A DNA stretch of 62,309 bases, filler included. It is 8 parts of 8 records of this genome, joined end to end, with 100 filler letters (N's around TTAATTAATTAA, not from the genome) between each part and the next. Parts side by side here need not be neighbours in the genome. Positions count along the whole stretch, not along the records: positions 50,084 to 55,761 come from SRR31156797_31140; positions 55,862 to 62,309 come from SRR31156797_31149; 6 more parts are not named here. The stretch is one strand, 5' to 3'. Shown piece after piece: positions 52,894 to 62,309 of this stretch; position 1 is the first letter of the stretch, and each line of letters begins with the position of its first letter. Under the pieces are notes generated by a model. The model was given only the letters and a program-made list of their open reading frames with translations. It did not search any database and was not told where the DNA came from. Both the position numbers and the translations under genes were made by a program.

Positions 52894-54384
52894 TTACATA
52901 CTGTCTCTGAATGCCTTGTCAGCCTTCTCTACAACTGCCTGCATATCCTTGAGCAGATCAGCGTCTATTGGTTCGACCTCGTGGTTCTTCATGATGTCAA
53001 CGACTTTTTCATGAGCAACCGTTGCGATGTCCTTTGCACCAGCCATTTCCCAGTCTCCGTACATCAGCCTGTCAATCAGCATTGGGCTGGATGGAAGGTC
53101 GATGTTCTTTCTGGTGGTCTTGTGTGCAAGGAAGTTGTTTCCAATACCTACCTGGTCAATAGAGTCAACTGCCATGGTCTCTTCGTTAACAGGGATTCCC
53201 TGCATTGCTTTCTTTGTCATGGAGATCATGTCATTGTCCAGAACGAGCTGTTCAAGGGAGAATGTCATACCGAGCTCAAGCATACCTGCTCCGTACAGGG
53301 TGTTTGCACCTGCAAAGGATGGAAGAATTGTTGTCATTGTCTTCTCATGACCAGCCTGGCCATCAGGTATCTTGGCATCTGCCTACGAACCAGCAACGAA
53401 TGTTGGCAGACCGTAGTACTGACCGAGTTTTGCAACAGCTGCACTGATAAGTCCGAGTTCTGGTGAACCTACTGGTGCTGTTCCTTTCTTAAGATCGAAT
53501 GTTGTAGTTGAGCTTCCGTACCATACTGGTGCACCTGGCTGGACCAGCTGTGCAAGTACTATACCGGAAAGTACCTCAGCATTGTGTGTTACAAGTGTAC
53601 CTGCAAGGTGTACTGGTGATGAACCTCCGGCCATTGCCATACTGAGTACGTTAACAGGTGTTCCGAACCTTGCACCCTTTATGATGACCTGACATGCATT
53701 GTCACCAAGTTCCAGTGGGCTTGTTGGACAGAGTAGTGTTGAAAAGATAGGCTTTTTGCGTGCTTCCTCATCATCTCCACCGAAATATGCTGTGGCAAGT
53801 TGCTGGTAGTATTCTACGTTCTCGCCTACAGGGTCGATGTGATGGAAGTGCTTTGTTGTGTTCATCAATGGGGTCAGTGTCTCGTGGACATCCTGTGCAC
53901 CCTTTCCTGCCCAGTCCCTTGCGGAAACTGCCAGAGAGTAGTAGTTGATGTTCTCTGCCCAGTCACAGATCTTTGCTGTGTCTGCGAGATCCTTGTCTGT
54001 TGAGTCAACGGTCCTGTACTGACCAGGTCCCTCGTAGTTGCACATCTTGACACCGGTACCGAAACAGGTCCAGTGTACCTTTCCTTTGTGTTCCTGCTTG
54101 ACATTGTTCTTCTTGTCACGTCCCCAGAGGACGAACTTTGAAGGACAGTCACGCAGTGCTCTGTTAACTACAAATTCAGGGATCTTAACGATGTGTGTCT
54201 TTTCGTCTACCAGACAGCCACCTTCTTTGAAGATAGCCCTTGCTTCAGCATCTGATACCTGGATACCAGTATTGATGAAGACATCCATTGTAGAATAGTG
54301 CAGAGCTCTGAGATCATCCTCAGAGAATAAATCCAGACTTACACCATCTAATGGGCGTGTGCCTGGGACATATTGCTTTACCAT
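52894..54384 (-). CDS. mttB: Pyrrolysine-containing trimethylamine:corrinoid methyltransferase
   Basis: The two track ORFs are one frame joined by TAG at 53383-53385 (codon 334): [23 protein letters not shown]. Confidence 0.96.
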
Positions 54385-54493
54385 TTTCTTAACCTCCAAT
54401 TCGAATTATTCCCGGGATACTTGAGAAGATTCCCGGAAGGATTGAACATGCATTGAGAGCAGTTTGTTCCTGTAGATTAGGTAGATTGTGCCC

Positions 54494-54510
54494 CTATATA
54501 AGCTTTTCTT
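54494..54510 (-). promoter_or_regulatory. Archaeal BRE-TATA promoter of the mtt operon
   Basis: AAGAAAAGC-TTATATAG about 110 nt upstream of the mttB ATG. Confidence 0.65.
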
Positions 54511-55008
54511 GCTAATGTAGTATTTATATTTTTTCATGAGATGGCTTCAACAGGTTGTATATAAAGATAATGAGAAAGGAAAAATACCATTGAAATACAT
54601 AATTCCAATAGACAGTGTTTTTCAATGTATAACAAAATTACATAGACCTCTAAAAATTAGAGATTTGACTTTTGATATAAATACTTTATTATTTAGTCAG
54701 TAGCGGACCTGACATATAAGGTTTTCTGAAAAACCACTTTTGTATATAAGCAAAATGGAAAAACAGATAATTCAAGGATATTTTCACGTTACTTCACAAG
54801 GCAGCTTCCAGACAAATAGTATTTCTGAATAATAATATATAAATTTTACTGTAAACTAGATATGTACACATGGAGCTCAAAGAAAAAATAGCGCTATAGA
54901 CACTGTTTTTTAGATTAACAGTGTGAATGATGCATGCATAAAATATATATAACTTGGATATTGACATTCAGACAATTAAAAAGAGAAAATAGAAAGGAGA
55001 TCACAAGA

Positions 55009-55761
55009 ATGAGTTACAGCCTTGGCATAGATGCAGGAGGAACGTACACTGATGCAGTTCTTTTAAAAGATGAGGATAACACGATAATCCAGTCCAATAA
55101 GGCCCTGACCAGCTATCCGGACCCACTGGACGGGATAACGAAAGCTATCGATGGACTTGACCCCACATGCCTGAAATATGTAAAAGTGGTATCAGTATCC
55201 ACCACACTTTCCACGAACAGTATCCTCGAGGGAACCGGTTCCCCGGTTGCCATGGTACTTATCGGCAACTATGATATCAAGCAGGAACTTCCCACAAAAC
55301 ACTTCCTGCAAGTCAAAGGCGGACATGACCATAACGGAATTGAGACTGAGATCCTCGATGAGGATAGCATCAAAGAGTTTGTCCTTCAGGTCAAAGATAA
55401 AGTCTCAGCCTTTGCAATATCCTCATACTTCAGCGTCAGGAACCATGATCACGAACTTCGGGCAAAGGATATCATTATAGAACTTACCGGACGCCCGGTG
55501 GTCTGCAGCTACGAACTTTCACAGGACCTTGGAGCATTTGAGAGAGCTGTCACAGCATTCCTGAATGCTCAGCTGATACCTGTAACTGAAAGGTTCATGA
55601 CAACTGTCGAGTCCGAAATAAGAGGGAGAGGGATTGATGCAAAGGTGTTCATGCTCAAATGCGATGGATCGGTTATTGGTATACAGAATGCCCTGAAAAA
55701 GCCAATCGAATCCATATTCTCAGGACCTGCAGGAAGTCTGGTGGGAGCTTCTTTCCTTGCA
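55009..55761 (+). CDS. Hydantoinase/oxoprolinase N-type (ASKHA) protein, truncated
   Basis: LGIDAGGTYTDAV, VSTTLSTN, ERAVTAFLNA, SIFSGPAGS. Confidence 0.88.
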
Positions 55762-55861
55762 NNNNNNNNNNNNNNNNNNNNNNNNNNNNNNNNNNNNNNN
55801 NNNNNTTAATTAATTAANNNNNNNNNNNNNNNNNNNNNNNNNNNNNNNNNNNNNNNNNNNN
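55762..55861. other. Artificial contig linker
   Basis: N-run + TTAATTAATTAA. Confidence 0.99.
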
Positions 55862-56117
55862 CGACCCCGGCCTGGATGCGGGTCAGGCCGTAGCCGTGGG
55901 TGTGGGCGTCGATCAGTCCCGGCATCAGAATCTGGGTGCCGTTACCGATGATCCGCACGTCGGGGTACTTGGCTTTCAAATCCGCGAAGGGGCCGGTTTC
56001 GCTTACCACATCGCCGGTCACGGCGACGGCGCCGTCATCGATCCAGCCGTCTTCTTTCGTCGGATCGCACAGCACGTGGCGACCGCGCAGCAGCAGGGTT
56101 TCGCTTCCTTGCGCCAT
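55862..56117 (-). CDS. Amidohydrolase family protein, N-terminal part
   Basis: DGAVAV.GD, LMPGLIDAHTHG. Confidence 0.88.
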
Positions 56118-56146
56118 GACGTTTCCTTTTCCTGCTTTTTATTGGT

Positions 56147-56806
56147 TCAGGAACCGATCGTAGACCCGCCGCGATGGATGCGTAAATCCCGGTTTTCGAA
56201 AATGGTCGAAACATCCCCGTTCAGCCCGACGTCGACCATCACGCGGGCCAGATCCGGCGCGTCGATGCCGGTCTGCGGGAAAAGCCGATAGACCGGCGCG
56301 AACCAACGCTCATACGGAACGCTGCCCTTTTTTTCCGGTCCGGGCAGGATAAAACCGGGCCGGAAAACGTATTTTTCGGCCAGGGCCGAGGCCAGCAGAA
56401 TGTTCTCCGCCTTTCCTTTCGCACGCGCGAACCGGATCGGGCTTTTTTCGCGGCTGTCCGCCCCCTTGGCGCTGAACAGGCAGAAACGGACAGTCGGGCT
56501 GACCCGTTCGAGGGCGCGGATCAGGGCTTGCGAATAATCGACCGTCACCTTCCAGAATTCATCCTTCGAAACCCGGTTCTGATAGACGCCGATGCAAAAA
56601 AAGCAGACGTCGACATGGGCCAGGCGATTTTCCAGCAGGGCATAATCGAGGAAGTCGTCGTGCTCGACCTCGGTCAGCTTGGCCTCCGTCATGCCGCTCT
56701 TGCGGCGACCGACGGTCAGAACGTTGGTGATCCTGTCATTGGCCAGGCACAGGGCCAGGACTTCGCTGCCGACCATACCGGTGGCGCCCGTGATCAGGAC
56801 GTTCAT
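56147..56806 (-). CDS. NAD(P)-binding atypical SDR/epimerase
   Basis: VLITGATGMVG, FARAKGKAE, FRPGFI. Confidence 0.88.
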   Translation of the reverse strand: MNVLITGATGMVGSEVLALCLANDRITNVLTVGRRKSGMTEAKLTEVEHDDFLDYALLENRLAHVDVCFFCIGVYQNRVSKDEFWKVTVDYSQALIRALERVSPTVRFCLFSAKGADSREKSPIRFARAKGKAENILLASALAEKYVFRPGFILPGPEKKGSVPYERWFAPVYRLFPQTGIDAPDLARVMVDVGLNGDVSTIFENRDLRIHRGGSTIGS

Positions 56807-56902
56807 GCCGCCGCCCTCCGATTTGTCGTTGATGATCAAAAGGTAATGACAAAAAGCCGGGTTTGCCATCTCCGACGCCGAACCGGTCCAATTCCCGTGC
56901 GT

Positions 56903-57661
56903 TCAGAGCCCCCTAGCAGGCCCGGTCCGCGGATAAAGCGTCGCCGTGTAACGGTAACGGGTCGGGTGGTAGGTCGCGTCGAATATCTCGATCAGCTTCA
57001 GCTGCCTATCGAAATAAACCCGAATGGCTCGCAATGCCGCCGTGCCCTCGGCAATTTCAAGACTTTTCGCAATCGAACCCATTGCGATCGTCGGCATGAC
57101 AATCTGCTTGGCATGGTCGACCCCGCATCCGACCAACTGTTCGACCACTTTGATTGCTTGCATGGGACCGGATAGCGCCTCGACGGACAACCGCTCGGCG
57201 ATCTCCTGTGGATAGTAGAAACAGACATGAACGAGTGGCACCCTGTCGGCCAAATGGTTGACGCCTTCGAATACCTTTAGCTCCGTTCCCTCGGGAAGTT
57301 TCGCGAACTGCTGTACATCGGCTGGCACGACGACGTTGCCTTCGCGGACGATGTCAAGATCGTTGGGCGTTATCAGGTCTTCGATAACGCCCGTAAGCGT
57401 GACCGACCATCCGCTCTGGCTCCCCTCGTTCACGAAGGTTCCCACGCCTCGCCTTCGGTAAATGACCTGCCGCTCCACCAGTTCATCAAGCGCCTTGCGC
57501 ACGGTGATCCGGCTCACGCCAAATTCTTCGCAAAGCTCGTACTCGGTTGGCAGGCTCTGCCCCGCTACGATTTCGCCGTTGACGATACAGCGAAGCAGTT
57601 GGTCCGAAATCTGCCTGTAGAGAGGAACTAATGAATTTGCGGAAACACCGATGAGGGGCAT
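56903..57661 (-). CDS. GntR-family regulator (HutC/UTRA type)
   Basis: PLYRQI, LPTEYEL..FGVSRITVRKAL, RRGVGTFV; UTRA-like C-terminus. Confidence 0.92.
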   Translation of the reverse strand: MPLIGVSANSLVPLYRQISDQLLRCIVNGEIVAGQSLPTEYELCEEFGVSRITVRKALDELVERQVIYRRRGVGTFVNEGSQSGWSVTLTGVIEDLITPNDLDIVREGNVVVPADVQQFAKLPEGTELKVFEGVNHLADRVPLVHVCFYYPQEIAERLSVEALSGPMQAIKVVEQLVGCGVDHAKQIVMPTIAMGSIAKSLEIAEGTAALRAIRVYFDRQLKLIEIFDATYHPTRYRYTATLYPRTGPARGL

Positions 57662-57675
57662 TGTCGAACCTCATT

Positions 57676-57733
57676 TGTTATGACATTATAACATCATGAT
57701 GATCAAAGAACTCCAAGGTCATTATGATGTCAT
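57676..57733. promoter_or_regulatory. Paired putative GntR operators in the divergent promoter
   Basis: TGTTAT-N6-ATAACA palindrome; ATGACATTATAAC recurs inverted as ATGACATCATAAT. Confidence 0.55.
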
Positions 57734-57761
57734 GTTGGATCGTTTGGAAGAAGGCACATTC

Positions 57762-59159
57762 ATGAGATTGAGAGAGGCTTACGACGTGATCGTTGTTGGC
57801 GGCGGAACGGCCGGCGCGATCGCCGGGATCGCAGCGGCACGGACCGGCGCCAGGACGTTGCTTGTCGAACAGTACGGGAACCTCGGTGGCGTATTGACCC
57901 TGGGGATGTCGCTCAAGGGTGTCAACGACGGCCAGGGCCTCAAGGCCCTGGGCGGGATCGGCGAGGAATTGATCCAGGGCGCCCGTGACATGGACGGCGC
58001 CACCGCGGTGGCTAACCACCCCAATTTCGGATCGGTCATGGGCCAGGACCCCGAGGCATTTAAGCTCAAGCTCATCGAAATGGTACGGCAATCCGGCCTC
58101 GACCTTCTGCTTCACACCTTTCTCGTCGATGCCCTTGTCGATCGGGGAACCATCCAGGCGATCCGGGTCGCCAATAAGGCCGGCCTGGAAATCATTCCAG
58201 CCAAAGGTTTCGTTGATTGCACCGGCGATGCGGACCTTGCGGCCAAGGCCGGCGGGCGGCTTTCCAATGGGCGAGACAGCGACAACCGGATGCAACCGGT
58301 CTCCGCGATATTTCGTGTCGGGGGTGTCGAACTGGAAAGGACCTGGGCCTACCTGGAAGATCATCCCGAGGATTTCGAAACGCCCGAAGGAAATGCCGGG
58401 AACGACTATTCGGTCAAAAAATTCCGCAGCACACCGGGCGTCGGCGCGGCAGGTTTCCGCGCCCTGATCCGCAAGGCCCGCGATGCCGGCGACTATAACA
58501 TTCCCCGCGACGACATGGGTTTCAATCCGTTCCCGGGGCGCCGCGAAGTCACCATTAACATCACCCGCGTTCACGGCATCGACGGCACCGATCCCGATGA
58601 CCTGACCCGCGCGGAAGTAGAATCCCAACTGCAAATTCTCGAAGGCATCCGCTTCCTGCGAAAATACGTTCCCGGTTTCGAACATAGCTATATCGTCTCC
58701 AGTCCCTTTCAGGTGGGAATCCGGGAGACCCGCCATATCCGGGGCGCCTATGTGCTGACCGCGGAGGACGTGGTGGCCGGCCGCGATTTCGATGACCAGG
58801 TCGCACGCGGCGCCTACCCGTTGGATATCCACGATGTCTGCGAAGGAAAGGCGCACGCCGGCAATATTGAGGGCGGCGGCACCGATCTCTCCAAAATCGA
58901 CCGTTCATACGGCATCCCGGCGCGTTGCCTGATCCCGATGGACGTCGACAATCTGACTGTGGCCGGACGCGCGATATCCGCGACCCACGCCGCGGCCGGT
59001 TCGGCACGCGGCCAGCCGGTTTGCATGGCCACCGGACACGCGGCCGGAATCATGGCCGCCCTATCCGCAATTCACGGCCTTCCCCCATCGGAACTGGATA
59101 TTCGCGAGATCCAGTCCGTGCTGACGAGCCAGAAGGCGGTCAGCGAACGTCGCGAGTAA
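57762..59159 (+). CDS. FAD-dependent oxidoreductase (FAD_oxidored family)
   Basis: DVIVVGGGTAG, VDCTGDAD, GIRETR, YPLDIH, YGIP..L, AGRAISA, CMATGHAAG. Confidence 0.9.
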   Translation: MRLREAYDVIVVGGGTAGAIAGIAAARTGARTLLVEQYGNLGGVLTLGMSLKGVNDGQGLKALGGIGEELIQGARDMDGATAVANHPNFGSVMGQDPEAFKLKLIEMVRQSGLDLLLHTFLVDALVDRGTIQAIRVANKAGLEIIPAKGFVDCTGDADLAAKAGGRLSNGRDSDNRMQPVSAIFRVGGVELERTWAYLEDHPEDFETPEGNAGNDYSVKKFRSTPGVGAAGFRALIRKARDAGDYNIPRDDMGFNPFPGRREVTINITRVHGIDGTDPDDLTRAEVESQLQILEGIRFLRKYVPGFEHSYIVSSPFQVGIRETRHIRGAYVLTAEDVVAGRDFDDQVARGAYPLDIHDVCEGKAHAGNIEGGGTDLSKIDRSYGIPARCLIPMDVDNLTVAGRAISATHAAAGSARGQPVCMATGHAAGIMAALSAIHGLPPSELDIREIQSVLTSQKAVSERRE

Positions 59160-59225
59160 AGGAGGTGCTATCGGCGATTTCGCCGCGGCACGGATCTGAT
59201 AATTTCAGAGTGGGAGATTATAAAA

Positions 59226-60209
59226 ATGATGCGAAGATCTTTGATTTCTATGCTTTGTGGGGCGTTGGGAGCCATCGCACTGACAGTTCCGGCAGTTTCG
59301 GCTGACAATAGCTTCCCCGACAAACCGATTACGATCATCGTGCCGTATCCGCCAGGCGGATCGGCCGACCTGATCGGTCGTCTTCTCGCCGCCCAACTCG
59401 GCAGCAGCATCGGCCAGACCGTCATCGTGGAGAACAAGGGCGGGGCGTCCGGCGCAATCGGCAGCGGGCTGGTCGCGCGGGCCAAACCGGACGGCTACAC
59501 CGTGCTGGTCGGAATCTCCGATACCCATGCAATCAACCCGGCGGTCAAGAAGCACATCGACTATGATCCCCTAAAGGATTTCGAGGCGATTTCGCTCCTG
59601 GCGGTTCAGCCCCTGACCTTCTCGGTCGGATCGAAATCCAAGGCAACAACCCTTGCCGAATTCATCGATGAAGCCAAGAAGGCGCCCGGCAAAATCAGCT
59701 ATGCCTCGAACGGCGTCGGAGGCATGCAGCATCTGGCGACCAATCTTCTCAGTTCGATGACCGGCATGGAACTTCTGCACGTGCCGTACAAAGGTTCGGG
59801 GCCTGCCCTTGCCGACGTGATCGGCGGACACGTCAACGGGATATTCATCAGCGTACAGGGCTCAGGCGGCAACTTCGCCTCCGGAAACCTCCGTCCCCTG
59901 GCAATCACGGCGGCGAACCGCCTCGACGTCGCGCCCGACATCCCAACCTTCGCCGAATTGGGCTTCAAGACATTCCAGGTGCAGCAGTGGTACGGCCTAT
60001 TCGCACCGAGCGGAACGCCCGCAGACATCGTCGCCAAGCTGAACAAGCATGTCGCCAAGTCGATGAAATCGAAGGAGATCGCAGGGGTGATCGGTGCGAA
60101 GGGTACCCAGGCCATCGGCAGTTCTTCCGAGGAATTCCTCACCTTCCTGAAAAAAGAAATCACCCAATGGGCGACCGTCGCCAAAAAGAACAACATTTCG
60201 GTAAACTGA
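59226..60209 (+). CDS. tctC: Tripartite tricarboxylate transporter binding protein (Bug/TctC)
   Basis: FPDKPITIIVPYPPGGSAD, VENKGGA.G, HVPYKGSGPA. Confidence 0.93.
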   Translation: MMRRSLISMLCGALGAIALTVPAVSADNSFPDKPITIIVPYPPGGSADLIGRLLAAQLGSSIGQTVIVENKGGASGAIGSGLVARAKPDGYTVLVGISDTHAINPAVKKHIDYDPLKDFEAISLLAVQPLTFSVGSKSKATTLAEFIDEAKKAPGKISYASNGVGGMQHLATNLLSSMTGMELLHVPYKGSGPALADVIGGHVNGIFISVQGSGGNFASGNLRPLAITAANRLDVAPDIPTFAELGFKTFQVQQWYGLFAPSGTPADIVAKLNKHVAKSMKSKEIAGVIGAKGTQAIGSSSEEFLTFLKKEITQWATVAKKNNISVN

Positions 60210-60372
60210 CCGCTCGCAGCCAGGAACGATAGGTATCACCGGGCATGTCGCGACACATGTCCGGTGATCGACCGTCTGGAGTCCAGCCTTGCTGGCGAAA
60301 ACCGGCAGGCGGGTCCGTGGCAATACTCGCAACATCGGGACCAGCACAAAAGAAAAGGATGAAGGAAGGAAA

Positions 60373-60822
60373 ATGCTCTCTCGGGATTACCGCGACATCA
60401 TTTCAGGCGGTGCGTTGTGCGTCGCGGGACTATGGATCAGCTGGTTCGCCGCTTCCCATTACAGCATCGGGTCTCCCAGCCAGATGGGTTCAGGAATGTT
60501 TCCAGCGGCGCTTGGCATCATATTGGCAGGCTTCGGCGTTTTGATTCTCGGTATGGCGCTCTTTCGGCGGGGAAACGTTCCCACCGTTGCGGTACGCCCG
60601 GCACTTGCCGTCCTCGCCAGCGTCGCGGTCTTCGCGGCATCCATCGACCGGTTCGGCATGTTTCCCACGATCTGGCTGTCGACGGCGGTCGCTGCACTCG
60701 CCGACAGCAAACTAAGCGTCTGGGGAACGGTGTTGCTGGCCTGCGCCCTCGGTTTCACCGCCTATCTCATTTTCTGCGTCGGGTTGGGAATGCCCATCCC
60801 GGCCTTCGGGTGGTCGTTATGA
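60373..60822 (+). CDS. tctB: TTT small membrane subunit
   Basis: MGSGMFP, multiple TMs, located between tctC and tctA. Confidence 0.88.
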   Translation: MLSRDYRDIISGGALCVAGLWISWFAASHYSIGSPSQMGSGMFPAALGIILAGFGVLILGMALFRRGNVPTVAVRPALAVLASVAVFAASIDRFGMFPTIWLSTAVAALADSKLSVWGTVLLACALGFTAYLIFCVGLGMPIPAFGWSL

Positions 60823-62309
60823 TGGATATGTTCAATATCATGGCCGGAAACGTTGCGATCGGGCTTAGCACTGCTTTGACGCCGGCCAATCTGATGTTCT
60901 GTTTCATCGGCGTCTTCATCGGCACCCTGGTCGGCGTGCTGCCGGGTATCGGCACCCTGGCCGCATTGTCGATGCTTTTCCCGTTCACTTTCCAACTTGA
61001 TGTTGCCTCCGCCCTCATCATGCTGGCCGGAATCTGGTACGGAACCCTCTACGGCGGCTCGACAGCTGGAATTCTGCTGAACGTGCCCGGAACCTCTTCG
61101 GCGGCCGTCACCTGTCTCGACGGTTATCCGATGGCAAAACAGGGACGCGCCGGAGTCGCTCTTTTGATGACCGCACTGGCGTCGTTTTTCGGCTCGACCG
61201 TCGGTGTCGTCATTATGATGTTGTTTTCCCCGATTATCGTCGTTTATGCGCTCAAGTTCGGATCGGCGGAATACTTTTCCTTGATGATGCTCGGACTGGT
61301 CGCCGCATCGACGATCGCCGACGGATCACCCATCAAGAGCATGGCGATGGTCGTCCTCGGCCTCATCTTCGGAACTGTCGGAATGGACATCTATACCGGC
61401 GAAAACCGGTTTATTTTCGGCACTCTCGCCCTCAGCGACGGGATCAGCCTCATCGCGCTGGCAATGGGAATTTTCGGCCTCTCCGAAGTGATCACCAGCG
61501 TGCGCACGGTCGCGGTCGGACAGATTGACCGCAAGAGCATAACCTTTCGCTCAATGATCCCAACACGTGAAGACATACGGCGCAGTTGGTTGCCGATGAT
61601 CCGCGGAACCGGGATCGGTTCCTTCTTCGGCACGCTCCCGGGCACGGGGCCGACGGTGGCTTCCTTTATGGCCTACGCCCTCGAGAAAAAAGTCGCACGC
61701 GAACCGGGCCGATTCGGCAAGGGTGCGATCGAAGGGATCATGGCTCCGGAATCGGCCAACAACGCGGCCGACCAGACCGCGTTCATCCCGACGATGACGC
61801 TCGGTATTCCCGGAAGCGCGACAATGGCGATCATGCTTGGCGCCTTCATGATCCACGGAATCACACCAGGACCCAGCCTGATGATCGACAAGCCGGACCT
61901 ATTCTGGGGTCTGATCATGAGCTTCTGGATCGGCAATTTCCTCCTGCTCATTCTCAATATCCCTTTGGTCGGCATCTGGATCCGGCTTCTGCTGGTGCCG
62001 TATCACATCCTCTACCCGGCGATCATCATGTTCATCTGCATCGGTGTCCACAGCGTCAACAACAGCAGCTTCGATGTGTGGATCGTCATGCTTTTCGGGG
62101 GGCTGGGTTATCTGATGCGGCTAGCCGATCTGCCGGCAGCGCCCCTGCTACTCGGATATGTTCTCGGGCCGATGATCGAAGAGCATTTCCGGCGAGCGTT
62201 GATTCTTTCGGGCGGCGATTTCGCGACCTTTGTCGGTCGTCCGATCAGCGGAACGATTTTGGCGATCACCTCCGGTCTGTTGATTTGGGGAGTCTGGAAC
62301 ACGGTTCGG
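60822..62309 (+). CDS. tctA: TTT large membrane subunit, runs off the window (absent from the ORF track)
   Basis: GTLVGVLPGIG, YGGSTAGILLNVPG, APESANNAA, LGIPGSA, LLGYVLGP. Confidence 0.95.
   Translation, partial: MDMFNIMAGNVAIGLSTALTPANLMFCFIGVFIGTLVGVLPGIGTLAALSMLFPFTFQLDVASALIMLAGIWYGTLYGGSTAGILLNVPGTSSAAVTCLDGYPMAKQGRAGVALLMTALASFFGSTVGVVIMMLFSPIIVVYALKFGSAEYFSLMMLGLVAASTIADGSPIKSMAMVVLGLIFGTVGMDIYTGENRFIFGTLALSDGISLIALAMGIFGLSEVITSVRTVAVGQIDRKSITFRSMIPTREDIRRSWLPMIRGTGIGSFFGTLPGTGPTVASFMAYALEKKVAREPGRFGKGAIEGIMAPESANNAADQTAFIPTMTLGIPGSATMAIMLGAFMIHGITPGPSLMIDKPDLFWGLIMSFWIGNFLLLILNIPLVGIWIRLLLVPYHILYPAIIMFICIGVHSVNNSSFDVWIVMLFGGLGYLMRLADLPAAPLLLGYVLGPMIEEHFRRALILSGGDFATFVGRPISGTILAITSGLLIWGVWNTVR

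Noticed and set aside
52894-54399. mttB as a nonsense pseudogene or two genes
   Set aside because: The stop is TAG at the conserved pyrrolysine position
57678-58856. 392-aa minus-strand ORF
   Set aside because: Antisense shadow of the FAD oxidoreductase

Overview
This window is not one locus. It is eight unrelated contigs joined by 100-nt artificial linkers (N-runs around TTAATTAATTAA), so no synteny is inferred across linkers. Host assignments are inferred from gene content and base composition only. A (1-6552, deltaproteobacterial-like): an exported caspase-PEGA-solute-binding-protein fusion overlapping an orphan family-3 SBP, an IS91 relic, a DUF2235 hydrolase with a LecA-like C-terminus, and the start of dbpA. 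B (6653-17211, very AT-rich, Arcobacter-like): a T6SS core (tssH, small lipoprotein, fha, tssJKLM, phosphatase, kinase, hcp) in Pseudomonas H2-T6SS order. C (17312-30028): AraC plus a decayed paralog, a Tat-exported MBL-fold protein, a Cache/PAS/GGDEF/EAL protein, acnA and a heme-copper oxidase operon. D (30129-38086): DUF1989, signal-peptide NiSOD, mgtE, a large MscS and IS relics. E (38187-44248): uxs, class I adenylate cyclase, a DnaA-box cluster, a TIM-barrel protein and a Sfum_1244-like protein. F (44349-49983): a phage fragment with dNMP kinase, Mre11-like nuclease, dUTPase, an acidic ArdA-like protein and a holin-like protein. G (50084-55761): a Methanosarcinaceae trimethylamine operon whose mttB has an in-frame amber (Pyl334). 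H (55862-62309): a GC-rich GntR / FAD oxidoreductase / TctCBA module. The best novelty candidates are the caspase-pseudo-SBP/SBP pair, the leader-bearing ArdA-like phage protein and the lipase-lectin fusion.
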